From NCBI GenBank assembly GCA_963791045.1, contig CAWBQK010000011.1, positions 96,001 through 160,000 of the forward strand: a stretch of DNA of 64,000 nt, read 5' to 3'. Made by a program: the position numbers and the translations under genes. The DNA is from Candidatus Latescibacterota bacterium (GTDB taxonomy: Bacteria > Krumholzibacteriota > Krumholzibacteriia > WVZY01). The notes under the pieces are model-generated. The model ran no database searches. It worked only from the letters and a program-made list of their open reading frames with translations, and was not told the DNA's origin. Position 1 is the stretch's first letter; each line of letters starts with the position of its first letter. Positions 31,221 through 40,532 of this stretch are shown here, piece by piece.

Positions 31221-33404
31221 ATGCTAAAAAGACTATTCTTGATTTCGCTCATATTTTGGGCAGGCACTATTTCGACGGTCTCGAGTGAAGAGGTCGACAA
31301 GCGTCCTCGTGTCGGTCTTGCGCTCGGCGGCGGCGCGGCTCGGGGCTTCGCCCACATCGGTGTTTTGAAAGTTCTCGAAGAGGTCGGAATGCCGGTGGAT
31401 TATATCACCGGTGTGAGTATGGGGAGTGTGATCGGCGGGCTCTATGCGTTGGGATACAGTACCGGTGACCTCGAGAAAGTGGCGTTCGATACCGATTGGA
31501 ACACGCTCTTTTCCGACAGAGAATCCCGGCGGGTTCTCAACATGCAACAGAAACGCTGGGACTCCCGGTTTTTGACGACGCTCTCGATCGACAAGTGGAA
31601 GGTCCGTGCCCCCTCCGGTTTGATCGATGCCCATAACATCAGCGGTCTGTTGTCGAGTCTGAGTCTTCCGTATCAGAAATCCGAGGATTTCAAGGCCCTG
31701 CGAATCCCCTTTGCTTGTGTGGCCACCGACATTGCCAACGGTGAAGGCGTCCTGCTCGATCACGGGTTTCTACCCGAAGCAATTCGCGCGAGTATGGCAA
31801 TACCGACCGTTTTTACTCCCGTCGAGATCGACGGCCGTCTGCTTGTGGACGGCGGGCTGGCGCGGCTTGTGCCCGCTGAGGACGCCCGCGTCCTGGGCGC
31901 CGACATCGTGATCGGGGTCAACGTGGGGCGGCGGGTGTACACCAGGGACGAGTTGGAATCACTCGTCAACATCTCAGATCAGGCAATGACTTTGATGCTC
32001 ACACCCTCGGTGGAGGAACAGCAGCGTCTCTGCGATGTGCTGATCGTCCCCGATATGGAGAATGTCAACCTGTCCGACTTCGGCGAGGCGGGGATGATCA
32101 TCGCCCGCGGCGAAGAAGCCGCGAGGGCGATCCTGCCGCGTCTGCAGGCGCTTGCCGATTCGTTGAACGCGCTATCACCATCGGCGCCGCCGGTCGAGCG
32201 TACCCCGGTTGAGTCATTTCATCTCATCGGTGTGGATGTCGATGGTCTGCAGAACGTCTCCGAAAAGATCGTCCGGAGCGAATTGGGCATCCGGGTTCCA
32301 AATTCGTTCAAACCCGAGGATATCGAGATCGCCGTTGGCCGCGTCTACGGGACGCAGCTCTTCGAGCGCGTCGACAGCCGTGTCGACGATTATGGAGACG
32401 GATCGCGGCTGGTTGTGAAACTCAAGGAAAATACGGGAAACACGCTTGGAGTCGGCCTGCGATTTGATACGAGGCGAGATGCGTCTCTGCTCCTCGACGC
32501 GAGTTTTCGGAATCAACTTGGCGGCGCGGGTACCCTGGCGTTGACCGCGATCATCCGCGATGAGTATGAGTTCGAGGCGAGATACTTCGCTCATCTCGGA
32601 TTTATGCGTGCCCTCGGTGCGAAAGCACGTGTCGACGCGCGGAGAATCAATATGAACCTGCTCGAAGACGGCCAGGTGCAGGCTGGATTCCGGTCACATT
32701 ATTATTTTGGTGAGCTCGCGTTGGGGTCTATTTTCTCGACCCGCATGTCCGTGGGCGGTGGCGCCCGTGTGGAGTATTTCAACAACGATGTGACTGTTGG
32801 CTCTCCGGATCTCGATGATCGATCTGAGTTTTACATTCCGTTCTTCGCGTCAATCATTGTTGACTCCTTCGACCGCACGGTTTTCCCACGGTCCGGGGTG
32901 TACGTTGAACTGACGGCGGAAGTCGCCGACGCCCACGTTGGGAGTGATTCGACTTTTTCCAGGATATTTTTTGATTGGCGCGCGGCGATTCGCGTGAGCA
33001 AATCGGTGTCGATCCTCCAGGATCTCTATGTTGGAACGGCCTATGGGTCGAACGTGCCCCTTGCCTACAATTTCTTTCTTGGCGGGAATGACGAGCGATT
33101 CACCCTTCTGGGAAAGGAACAATCGTTCCTAGGCGTGGAGCGCCAGGAGCGGGTTGGGCGCCACGCGCAACTGGTCAAGCTGGGTGTGCAGTGGGAAGTC
33201 CTTCACGGAAAGTACATTCAGGCCTTCTGGAACGCGGGGAACACGTTTGAAGGGGCCGAACTGGAGTTCGGTAAAGGCCGATACATTAACGGCGGAGGGG
33301 TCAATCTCGGAATGGATACCCTGCTCGGGCCCATCGAGTTTGCCATGATGACGAGTTCGATACACAACTTTTTGACATATTTTTCGTTTGGGTATAAGTT
33401 CTAG
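31221..33404 (+). CDS. Patatin-POTRA-beta-barrel protein (PlpD-like, type Vd)
   Basis: Signal peptide, GGGAARG, GVSMG, DGG, POTRA-like segment, barrel ending FSFGYKF. Confidence 0.9.
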   Translation: MLKRLFLISLIFWAGTISTVSSEEVDKRPRVGLALGGGAARGFAHIGVLKVLEEVGMPVDYITGVSMGSVIGGLYALGYSTGDLEKVAFDTDWNTLFSDRESRRVLNMQQKRWDSRFLTTLSIDKWKVRAPSGLIDAHNISGLLSSLSLPYQKSEDFKALRIPFACVATDIANGEGVLLDHGFLPEAIRASMAIPTVFTPVEIDGRLLVDGGLARLVPAEDARVLGADIVIGVNVGRRVYTRDELESLVNISDQAMTLMLTPSVEEQQRLCDVLIVPDMENVNLSDFGEAGMIIARGEEAARAILPRLQALADSLNALSPSAPPVERTPVESFHLIGVDVDGLQNVSEKIVRSELGIRVPNSFKPEDIEIAVGRVYGTQLFERVDSRVDDYGDGSRLVVKLKENTGNTLGVGLRFDTRRDASLLLDASFRNQLGGAGTLALTAIIRDEYEFEARYFAHLGFMRALGAKARVDARRINMNLLEDGQVQAGFRSHYYFGELALGSIFSTRMSVGGGARVEYFNNDVTVGSPDLDDRSEFYIPFFASIIVDSFDRTVFPRSGVYVELTAEVADAHVGSDSTFSRIFFDWRAAIRVSKSVSILQDLYVGTAYGSNVPLAYNFFLGGNDERFTLLGKEQSFLGVERQERVGRHAQLVKLGVQWEVLHGKYIQAFWNAGNTFEGAELEFGKGRYINGGGVNLGMDTLLGPIEFAMMTSSIHNFLTYFSFGYKF

Positions 33405-33425
33405 CAACGCATCAACTGGGAAGGG

Positions 33426-34553
33426 GTGATAAGCGTGGCCGTTGACGGCGAAGAACGGGTTCTTGGGAGAACATTGCCTCACATGCACCCGTGGGTCAGA
33501 TTCGGTCTCCTGCTCCTGCTTTTATACGCGTTTTTTGTCAGTATTTCGCTGATGGGCGCGTCGTTCAAATTTTTTGGCAAGGGGTTTGCCGAAAAGTTGC
33601 TTATGACGACGTCGAATCCCTTTGCGGGGTTGTTCATCGGCGTCCTTGCGACCAGTCTCGTTCAGAGTTCTTCCACGATCACGTCTATGGTCGTCGCTCT
33701 TGTTGCCGGCGGCGCGCTAAACGTTGCCGGGGCAATCCCGATTGTGATTGGGTCGAATATCGGGACGAGTGTCACCAACACGCTTGTTTCGATCGGACAC
33801 ATATCACGGCCCAGCGAGTTCCGGCGTGCGTTCGCCGCGGCGACGATCCACGACTTTTTCAACCTGATGGCCGTTCTCATTATATTCCCGCTCCAGCTCA
33901 TGACCAATTACCTCGGAGCGACATCCTCTTTTCTCTCCCATCGTCTCCAGGAGTCGGGCGGTTTTGAGCTCATCAACCCGTTGAAGCTCATCGTGAGTCC
34001 CTCGGTCAAAATGATAACGAAACTTACCGGGGAATCGGGAATCTTGATGCTCATAATTGCGGTCATTCTTTTGTTCGTCGCGTTGCGCTACATTGTTGTC
34101 AACTTGAAGGCGCTTGTAATCGGCAGGGTCGAGCAGTTTTTTGACAAGACCCTCTTCAAGAACAGTTTTACGGCGCTTTTGCTGGGTCTTGCACTGACGG
34201 TGATGGTTCAGAGCAGCTCCATCACGACCTCCCTGGTTGTTCCGTTGGCCGGTGCGGGGATTCTGACGCTCACGCAGATATTCCCATTCGCTTTGGGGGC
34301 AAACGTGGGAACGACGATAACGGCGATCCTGGCGTCGCTGGTCACGGGTAGCGAAGCGGCGGTAACCGTGGCGTTTGCCCATCTTTTTTTCAACTTGACG
34401 GGAATCGTGCTGGTCTGGCCGATAAAAAAGGTGCCGATATTTATGGCGGAGACGCTTGCGGCGGCCGCCTTGAAATCCAGGTGGATACCCCTTCTCTATA
34501 TATTAGTGGTGTTTTTCGCCATACCCGGACTTCTAATCTATTTTGTGAGGTGA
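33426..34553 (+). CDS. Na+/phosphate symporter (NptA/SLC34-like)
   Basis: Two QSSS repeats with GSNIGTS / GANVGTT; start uncertain. Confidence 0.92.
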   Translation: MISVAVDGEERVLGRTLPHMHPWVRFGLLLLLLYAFFVSISLMGASFKFFGKGFAEKLLMTTSNPFAGLFIGVLATSLVQSSSTITSMVVALVAGGALNVAGAIPIVIGSNIGTSVTNTLVSIGHISRPSEFRRAFAAATIHDFFNLMAVLIIFPLQLMTNYLGATSSFLSHRLQESGGFELINPLKLIVSPSVKMITKLTGESGILMLIIAVILLFVALRYIVVNLKALVIGRVEQFFDKTLFKNSFTALLLGLALTVMVQSSSITTSLVVPLAGAGILTLTQIFPFALGANVGTTITAILASLVTGSEAAVTVAFAHLFFNLTGIVLVWPIKKVPIFMAETLAAAALKSRWIPLLYILVVFFAIPGLLIYFVR

Positions 34554-34559
34554 TCGACT

Positions 34560-35237
34560 ATGTTCAGATTCAAAGAACTTATCGAATTGTGGAGGTCGGA
34601 CAACCTACTGACCCAGGCCTTGAACGACTCCAACATCATGCTCAAAAGCACCTACGAGATGTTCAAAGAATCGGTCCGATCGCTTCGCCAAAGCGATGGC
34701 GGCGAAATGGCGATGGACATCTATGAAAAAGACAGGATGGTCAATGAGTACGAACAGGAAGTGCGGCGTAAAGTGCTCAAGCATCTTGCCATCACCGGCG
34801 GGGTCAATATCATCCCGGGGTTGATCCTGACGAGCATCGTTATTGATATTGAGCGTATCGGCGATTACACAAAAAACATAATGGAACTGGCCGTGGCACA
34901 CCCCAAGAGGCTCGAAACGGGCCAGTTCGAGGAGGATGTCAAAAAAATAGAGGATGGTGTGACAAAACTTTTCGAAGAAATCATTCCCGTGCTCGAGACC
35001 TCAGACAAAGAAGCGGCCATCGCGCTCATTGACGACAGCCTGTGGATCATCGCGAAGTGCGACGCGATTGTCGAACATCTAATCAAAAACGAAATGCCGG
35101 AATTCACCACATCGACGGCCGTATCCGTGGCCATATACGTGCGATATCTCAAGAGGGTCGCCGCACACTTGAGAAATATCACATCGGGTATCGTCAACCC
35201 GTTCGAGCGAATCGGCTTCAGAGTGGAAGACGACTAG
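34560..35237 (+). CDS. PhoU-domain protein
   Basis: 'D..VNEYE..VRR', 'DIERIGDY', 'YLKRVAAH'; follows the Na/Pi symporter. Confidence 0.88.
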   Translation: MFRFKELIELWRSDNLLTQALNDSNIMLKSTYEMFKESVRSLRQSDGGEMAMDIYEKDRMVNEYEQEVRRKVLKHLAITGGVNIIPGLILTSIVIDIERIGDYTKNIMELAVAHPKRLETGQFEEDVKKIEDGVTKLFEEIIPVLETSDKEAAIALIDDSLWIIAKCDAIVEHLIKNEMPEFTTSTAVSVAIYVRYLKRVAAHLRNITSGIVNPFERIGFRVEDD

Positions 35238-35259
35238 TGAGGGACCGCCCTTCCGCCCG

Positions 35260-36153
35260 TTAGGAAATTGAAGGGCGCGTGCGGCCCGTCTTCTGAAGAA
35301 TGACCGCCGCTACGATGATGGCGAGACCCACGATGGTGGATGGGAGAATCTCCTCCCCGACGAGAAAGTGGATGAACACGAGCGAGAAGAAAGGAGCGAC
35401 AAAAATCAAAATGCTCACGCGGGCCGTGTTTTCGGATAACCGGAGCGCCATGAGCCATAACACGAATGTGATACTCATTTCAAAGAGCCCCACATAGGCG
35501 ACGCCGATGAGACCGCGCACATCCGCGATAAACGGAGTCGAAAGCGCCAGGCACGCGGCGAATGACAACGGAAGCGCAAAGAAAAAACCCAGAAAAAGAC
35601 ACACAACCGGATCGCGACGATCGCTCGTGTTGAAGATCCAATAAAGCGCCCACAAAGCGGCGCTCCCAAGCGCGAGTCCAACACCCACCGGATTCGACAA
35701 ACGATACCCAAAGACATCGCCATGCGTGGAAATCACAAACACACCGGCGTACCCGAGAAGGAGCGCGAAGATATCCCTGCCGCTGAGCTTTTGTTTGAGA
35801 AGCGGAACGGAGAGAAGCGGGAGGACGAGCCCCCATGTGAAATTGAGCGGCTGCGCTTCCTGGGCGGGAAGCAGGTCGTACGCTTTGAATAGGATCAGGT
35901 AATACACAAACGGGTTCAGCGCGCCGAGAAGGAACGAGCGGAGGTACTCGCGGCGGGAGCACGATAAAACAAGCGCGAGCTTATTCTGTGAGACGAGGAT
36001 GATTCCCAGTACGAGTGTTGAGAAAAAACACGAGTGGAAGACAAGCTGGGCGGGGTCGACGTATCGAAGGGTGAGTTTGAAAGCCGCCGCGACGGTGGAC
36101 CACAAAAAGACGGCGGCAAGCGCAAACAGGTATCCCTTGTTCTGGTTTCGCAT
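35260..36153 (-). CDS. DMT/EamA transporter
   Basis: 10 TMs, 'LWSTVAAAFKL', 'AYDLLPAQEAQPLNFTW'. Confidence 0.9.
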   Translation of the reverse strand: MRNQNKGYLFALAAVFLWSTVAAAFKLTLRYVDPAQLVFHSCFFSTLVLGIILVSQNKLALVLSCSRREYLRSFLLGALNPFVYYLILFKAYDLLPAQEAQPLNFTWGLVLPLLSVPLLKQKLSGRDIFALLLGYAGVFVISTHGDVFGYRLSNPVGVGLALGSAALWALYWIFNTSDRRDPVVCLFLGFFFALPLSFAACLALSTPFIADVRGLIGVAYVGLFEMSITFVLWLMALRLSENTARVSILIFVAPFFSLVFIHFLVGEEILPSTIVGLAIIVAAVILQKTGRTRPSIS

Positions 36154-36203
36154 GTGTTTCGCTTCGAGTCCCGGACGGGCAGGTGAGCGCCGGGCGGGTG
36201 TCG

Positions 36204-37076
36204 TTACGTGTCGAAATCCCGGTCCCGCCGTTTCCGGGATATGTCTTCGAGTTGGCGCCTTTCCTTGTCGGTCAGGCTGTCCATCCCATCCGTCGATATC
36301 TTGTCGAGGATCCTCGCAAGCGCCTCATCTTCGGCTTCCTGACGTTTTGAATCGAATCGCTCTTTCTGTTCCGAGACGACGGCCCGGAGTCCAGAGCGGC
36401 GCTTTCCCTCCAGAACTCGCAGGTATGGTGGTTTTTTCAAGAAGTAATAGAGAAGCGTCACACTAAGAATGACGACCACGGCAAAAAGTACGGGGCTTTG
36501 CGTCACGATGTCGGGATGGAGAAAGGCTGTGACGGCGAGTCCGACGATCGCGCCGCCGAGATGGGCGTCATGGCCGATGTTGCCCGTCTGTCTTCGCATT
36601 CCGAAGAATGTAATGATGATAAATATTATCGCGTACACCGATGTCGGGATTGGGACGGGTATGGGAAAGATAAACACACTCCCGCCCGGGAGAAGGAAGA
36701 TCGAGGCGAAGATGACGCCACACACGCCCCCCGACGCGCCGATCGCGCGATACTCGTGACCCTTGTGGAGGTAGAGCGAGAGGATGCTTCCCCCGAGAAC
36801 GCTCGATATGTAGATGACGGCGAGGGTCATTAAACCGAAGACCATCTCGATGTAGCGCGCAAAGAAATAGAAACTGAACATGTTAAAAAGAAGGTGCGTC
36901 CACCCCGTGTGAACGAGGGCGCTGGACACCATCCGGTAATACTCCTTGTACGCGTGGATGCGTCCCGTCGAGAAAAGGAGCCGGTCAACCAGCGATGGGT
37001 ACTTGATTCCGCGATACGTCACATAGGTGGTGACGAGAATCACGGCAAAAGTCAGATATGGGATCGAGTTACTCAT
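36204..37076 (-). CDS. Rhomboid intramembrane serine protease with C-terminal helical extension
   Basis: 'HLLFNM', GASG, 'HDAHLGG'; C-terminal 'ILDKIS..GMDSLT..ER'. Confidence 0.92.
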   Translation of the reverse strand: MSNSIPYLTFAVILVTTYVTYRGIKYPSLVDRLLFSTGRIHAYKEYYRMVSSALVHTGWTHLLFNMFSFYFFARYIEMVFGLMTLAVIYISSVLGGSILSLYLHKGHEYRAIGASGGVCGVIFASIFLLPGGSVFIFPIPVPIPTSVYAIIFIIITFFGMRRQTGNIGHDAHLGGAIVGLAVTAFLHPDIVTQSPVLFAVVVILSVTLLYYFLKKPPYLRVLEGKRRSGLRAVVSEQKERFDSKRQEAEDEALARILDKISTDGMDSLTDKERRQLEDISRKRRDRDFDT

Positions 37077-37207
37077 GGTCGTCGAAGGTCATTATACATC
37101 AATACATTATCCGTGTGCCCGGACAAAATCGGAGAATCGAAATGGTTCCATTGAGCGGGTTTGAGTGCTGCAAACAGCGCCAATATCCAAATCGGAGCGT
37201 TTTTGAC

Positions 37208-37236
37208 TTGTTGTTATAAGACCAACGTCTCATAAT
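37208..37236 (+). promoter_or_regulatory. Sigma70-like promoter overlapped by a palindromic operator, upstream of TetR
   Basis: TTGTTG-N17-CATAAT; inverted repeat TTATAAGAC-caac-GTCTCATAA (8/9) at 37214-37235. Confidence 0.6.
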
Positions 37237-37242
37237 GAGTAT

Positions 37243-37854
37243 ATGGTATCACAAAATGACCTCAAAACAGGCAGAATCAACCAGAAACAACGGACGCGGC
37301 AAGCGCTGATCGAAGCCGCCGGCGAGATCATTCGCGCAGGGAGGACGCCGGGGCTTTCGGAGGTGACCCGCGCGGCGATGGTTTCGAGGGCGACCTTCTA
37401 TCGGTATTTCCCGAGTATCGATTCGTTGGTGATGGAGGCGACGCGAAGTGACTCCTCGATCCTGGGGGCCGATCTCTTTCCGGATCTGGTCGATGCATCG
37501 GCGGGCGACCGGGTGGCCCGGGTTCACGACGCCCTGTTCGATCTCGTTTCGCAAAACGAGGCCCAGTTCAGACTGCGGCTGCGGTCGTCCCTGGAGCCCC
37601 GGTCGGACGTTACCGGAACCGCACGGGACGCGCGGCGAATTCCCCTTCTTGAACGGGCGCTCGATCCGGTCTGCGGGCAGCTCGATGACGCCATGTATGA
37701 CAGGTTGGTGTACGCGTTGTCGGTGATGGTCGGAGCGGAAGCGTTTGTCGCGCTCGCGGACGTGTGTCTTCTCGAACCCGGGCATGCGAAGGAAATTATG
37801 AACTGGGCGGTGAAGACTCTGACGGACGCGGTCCTGGGCGGCGGCTGCCGTTAG
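37243..37854 (+). CDS. TetR/AcrR-family regulator
   Basis: N-terminal HTH 'RTRQALIEAA..SEVTRAAMVSRATFYRYFPS'. Confidence 0.92.
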   Translation: MVSQNDLKTGRINQKQRTRQALIEAAGEIIRAGRTPGLSEVTRAAMVSRATFYRYFPSIDSLVMEATRSDSSILGADLFPDLVDASAGDRVARVHDALFDLVSQNEAQFRLRLRSSLEPRSDVTGTARDARRIPLLERALDPVCGQLDDAMYDRLVYALSVMVGAEAFVALADVCLLEPGHAKEIMNWAVKTLTDAVLGGGCR

Positions 37855-37905
37855 AAACGGCAGGGCCCGGGTGTCGCCCGGCGGGAGAGCGCCCTTCACG
37901 GCGCG

Positions 37906-38385
37906 CTAGATAAATGTTTTGAGAATTTGTTTGTGCATCCCCTGGAGTTCGTCGTACGCCTCGTTGATCTCCCCGATTTTTTCCTGAAGCTTCTTGAGGA
38001 GTTGTGACCTCTCCAGGCCATTCCGCACGATGATCAAAAGGTCATCGTTGTCCCAGGGTTTTTCAATATACTGGAAGAGCCCCACTTCATTGATTGCTTT
38101 GATCGCGTTTTCTTTGTCGGCATAACCGGTAAGAATGACGCGGGGGACATCCGGTCTTATCTTTCGCACTTCACCCAGAAAAGTGATTCCATCCATTTCC
38201 GGCATCAAGTAGTCCGACACGACCAGGTCGACGTCGTTGTCTTTGATAAAGGACAACGCTTCCTTTGGGTTCTTGAAACTTTTCACCACGTAATCGGTTT
38301 CCAGGTTGAGAAACGATTGAAGCGATGTAAGAACCATTTCCTCGTCATCCACGAGTATGATAACGGCCTGATTGCTTTCCGCCAT
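37906..38385 (-). CDS. Response regulator (REC + short coiled coil)
   Basis: VDDE, VSDYLMP, LTGY, KPW; RBS GGAGG. Confidence 0.93.
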   Translation of the reverse strand: MAESNQAVIILVDDEEMVLTSLQSFLNLETDYVVKSFKNPKEALSFIKDNDVDLVVSDYLMPEMDGITFLGEVRKIRPDVPRVILTGYADKENAIKAINEVGLFQYIEKPWDNDDLLIIVRNGLERSQLLKKLQEKIGEINEAYDELQGMHKQILKTFI

Positions 38386-38399
38386 GAATTCCTCCTAGA

Positions 38400-39977
38400 T
38401 CATTGAATCGGCAATAATATACGAAATGTGGTTCCTTTTCCAACTTCACTCGTGACTTCAATCGATCCGTTGTTGTCCTGAACAATCTGGTACACGATGG
38501 ATAGCCCCAGCCCGGTTCCGACGCCCGACCCCTTTGTGGTGAACCCCGGATCGAATATCCGCTCGAGATCTTCGCTCGGGATCCCTTTGCCCGTGTCGCG
38601 GATTTCAACAACAACATTGTCATCCCGTGTGTATGTGTCCACGAAAATATCGCCTTTGCCCTCGATCGCCTGGCTCGCGTTGACGAGAATATTCATAAAA
38701 ACCTGGTTGATCTGGTTCGGGTAGCAGGTTACAGAGGGCAGCTTTCCGTAGTTCTTATGGACCTCTATCCGGTTTTTCAGTTCATGGTGGACCAGCGTGA
38801 GCGTGCTCTCGAGGCCTTCGTGGAGGTCGACCTTATCCTGTTCCGCCTCGTCGAGGCGCGCGAATTTTCTGAGGCTGCGGACGATACTCACGATGCGTTC
38901 CATCGCGTTTTTGTTGATGCTGTTCAGATCCTCGATGCTCGACATGATTTTCATCAGTCCCGGATCCTCGCGAATTTCGCAGGGTATCTCGGGCGCGTCG
39001 ATAATTAGTTTGAGTTTTGCGAGCGCGCGAATCAAAAGATCGTTATTGCTTTTGAGAGCGCCAAGCGGCGTGTTGATCTCATGGGCGACACCGGCGACGA
39101 GATGGCCGAGCGCCGCCATTTTCTCGGACTGAACCAGTTGGGTCTGTTTGTTCCGAAGTTCGAGCGTGCGCTCTTCGACTTTGCGTTCGAGGTCGGCGTT
39201 CGCCTTTTCGAGCTCTTTCTCGAGTTTCAGTCGTTCGGTCACATCGTGAACGACCTGGAGTTCCGACCACGTGTCATCGAGGTTTTTGTAATAGCTTATT
39301 GTGAACTGAAAAACCTTGCCGTCGGGGTAGTATCGCTCTTCGGCATAGACGCCCGTGTCGTCGACGGTGATATGTTTGCAGACCGAACAGTCGTCCGGAT
39401 GATCGAACCAGGTGTACTGTTTCCGCTCGCCTCCGTCCAGGCCGAACATTTCTTTCAACTTTTTGTTCTCGAACTCGACCACCGGCGCGGTGTTTATCCC
39501 TTTTCTCACACCAAGGCCCACGGGCATCATGTCGAGTATATGCTCGAAGTAATCGCGTTGAGCCGTGTGGAATCCCTCGAGCGTTCTTCTTTCCGTTACA
39601 TCGCGGCAGATCCTCTGGATGATCCTCTTATCACCGTATGAAATGACCGATGCGGTGACATCGACGGACAGGAGTTTTCCGGACTTTGTCAAAAAATGAA
39701 CGTCAACGCACGATCCGCCGCCCGTTGTGGAGACCTCTTTGAACAGTTTCTTCGCGGCCTCGTGTTCGGTGGAGGGGTGGGTCTCCCATGCTTTCATCCC
39801 AAGCAGTTCGGCTTCGTCGTATCCCGTCATCGCCACGGCTCTTGGGTTGGCCTCGAGAATCATTCCCGTATCGATGTCGATGGCGAAGATCGCATCACTC
39901 GCGTGCTCGATCATCTTGCGGTACTTTTCCTCGGATTCGCGAAGCTGCTCAAATTCTTTGTCGTTTATATTTGTCAT
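38400..39977 (-). CDS. Cytoplasmic PAS histidine kinase
   Basis: PAS with 'RDVTER', second PAS-like with 'HDVTER', H-box VAHEINTP, GTGLGL. Confidence 0.93.
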   Translation of the reverse strand: MTNINDKEFEQLRESEEKYRKMIEHASDAIFAIDIDTGMILEANPRAVAMTGYDEAELLGMKAWETHPSTEHEAAKKLFKEVSTTGGGSCVDVHFLTKSGKLLSVDVTASVISYGDKRIIQRICRDVTERRTLEGFHTAQRDYFEHILDMMPVGLGVRKGINTAPVVEFENKKLKEMFGLDGGERKQYTWFDHPDDCSVCKHITVDDTGVYAEERYYPDGKVFQFTISYYKNLDDTWSELQVVHDVTERLKLEKELEKANADLERKVEERTLELRNKQTQLVQSEKMAALGHLVAGVAHEINTPLGALKSNNDLLIRALAKLKLIIDAPEIPCEIREDPGLMKIMSSIEDLNSINKNAMERIVSIVRSLRKFARLDEAEQDKVDLHEGLESTLTLVHHELKNRIEVHKNYGKLPSVTCYPNQINQVFMNILVNASQAIEGKGDIFVDTYTRDDNVVVEIRDTGKGIPSEDLERIFDPGFTTKGSGVGTGLGLSIVYQIVQDNNGSIEVTSEVGKGTTFRILLPIQ

Positions 39978-40005
39978 CGTAACTGGTTGTTGAGAATGTG
40001 CTCCC

Positions 40006-40455
40006 TCAGGATCCGGGCTTTTGTCCGATGTCGACGCCCACCCTGTTCAGAAGTCCGCGCAATCGGCCGACGAGAGATTTCAGGACCCCCTCGATAATTT
40101 GGACGTGATCCGACAAGATGTCGAGAAAATCCTCGCGATAAATACGCAGAACGCGGGTTTCCTCCGTTGCCGTTGCCGTCGTGACCCTCGGAGTGTCGTC
40201 AAAAAGAGCCCAGGTGCCAAAGGCGTCTTTGGATGCGACGACGGCGATTTCCTCTCCATCCCGATCGAGTCGGACGGTCCCGTCGAGGACTACAAAGAGG
40301 GCGTCCGATGGGTCCTCATATTTGTAAATGACTTCGTCGGGCGCGTACGACGCCTCATCCGCGATGGCGGCAAGGTGGGAGAGCTGCTCGGTTGGAATAT
40401 CCGCGAACACTTCGACGTTCTGGAGAAAGATCACTTTTTCGATAATTGTGAGCAT
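40006..40455 (-). CDS. Stand-alone cyclic-nucleotide-binding domain protein
   Basis: 'IEKVIFLQNVEVF', 'LFVVLDGTV', 'FGTWALFDDTPRVTTA'; ATG 40455 with AAGGA. Confidence 0.88.
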   Translation of the reverse strand: MLTIIEKVIFLQNVEVFADIPTEQLSHLAAIADEASYAPDEVIYKYEDPSDALFVVLDGTVRLDRDGEEIAVVASKDAFGTWALFDDTPRVTTATATEETRVLRIYREDFLDILSDHVQIIEGVLKSLVGRLRGLLNRVGVDIGQKPGS

Positions 40456-40532
40456 CCGTTTTCCTTTTCTCTGGGACAATTTTGTTGTCACGCCGCGAGG
40501 ATCCGAGAGAACCCTCCCCGCGCCGCGGCCGG

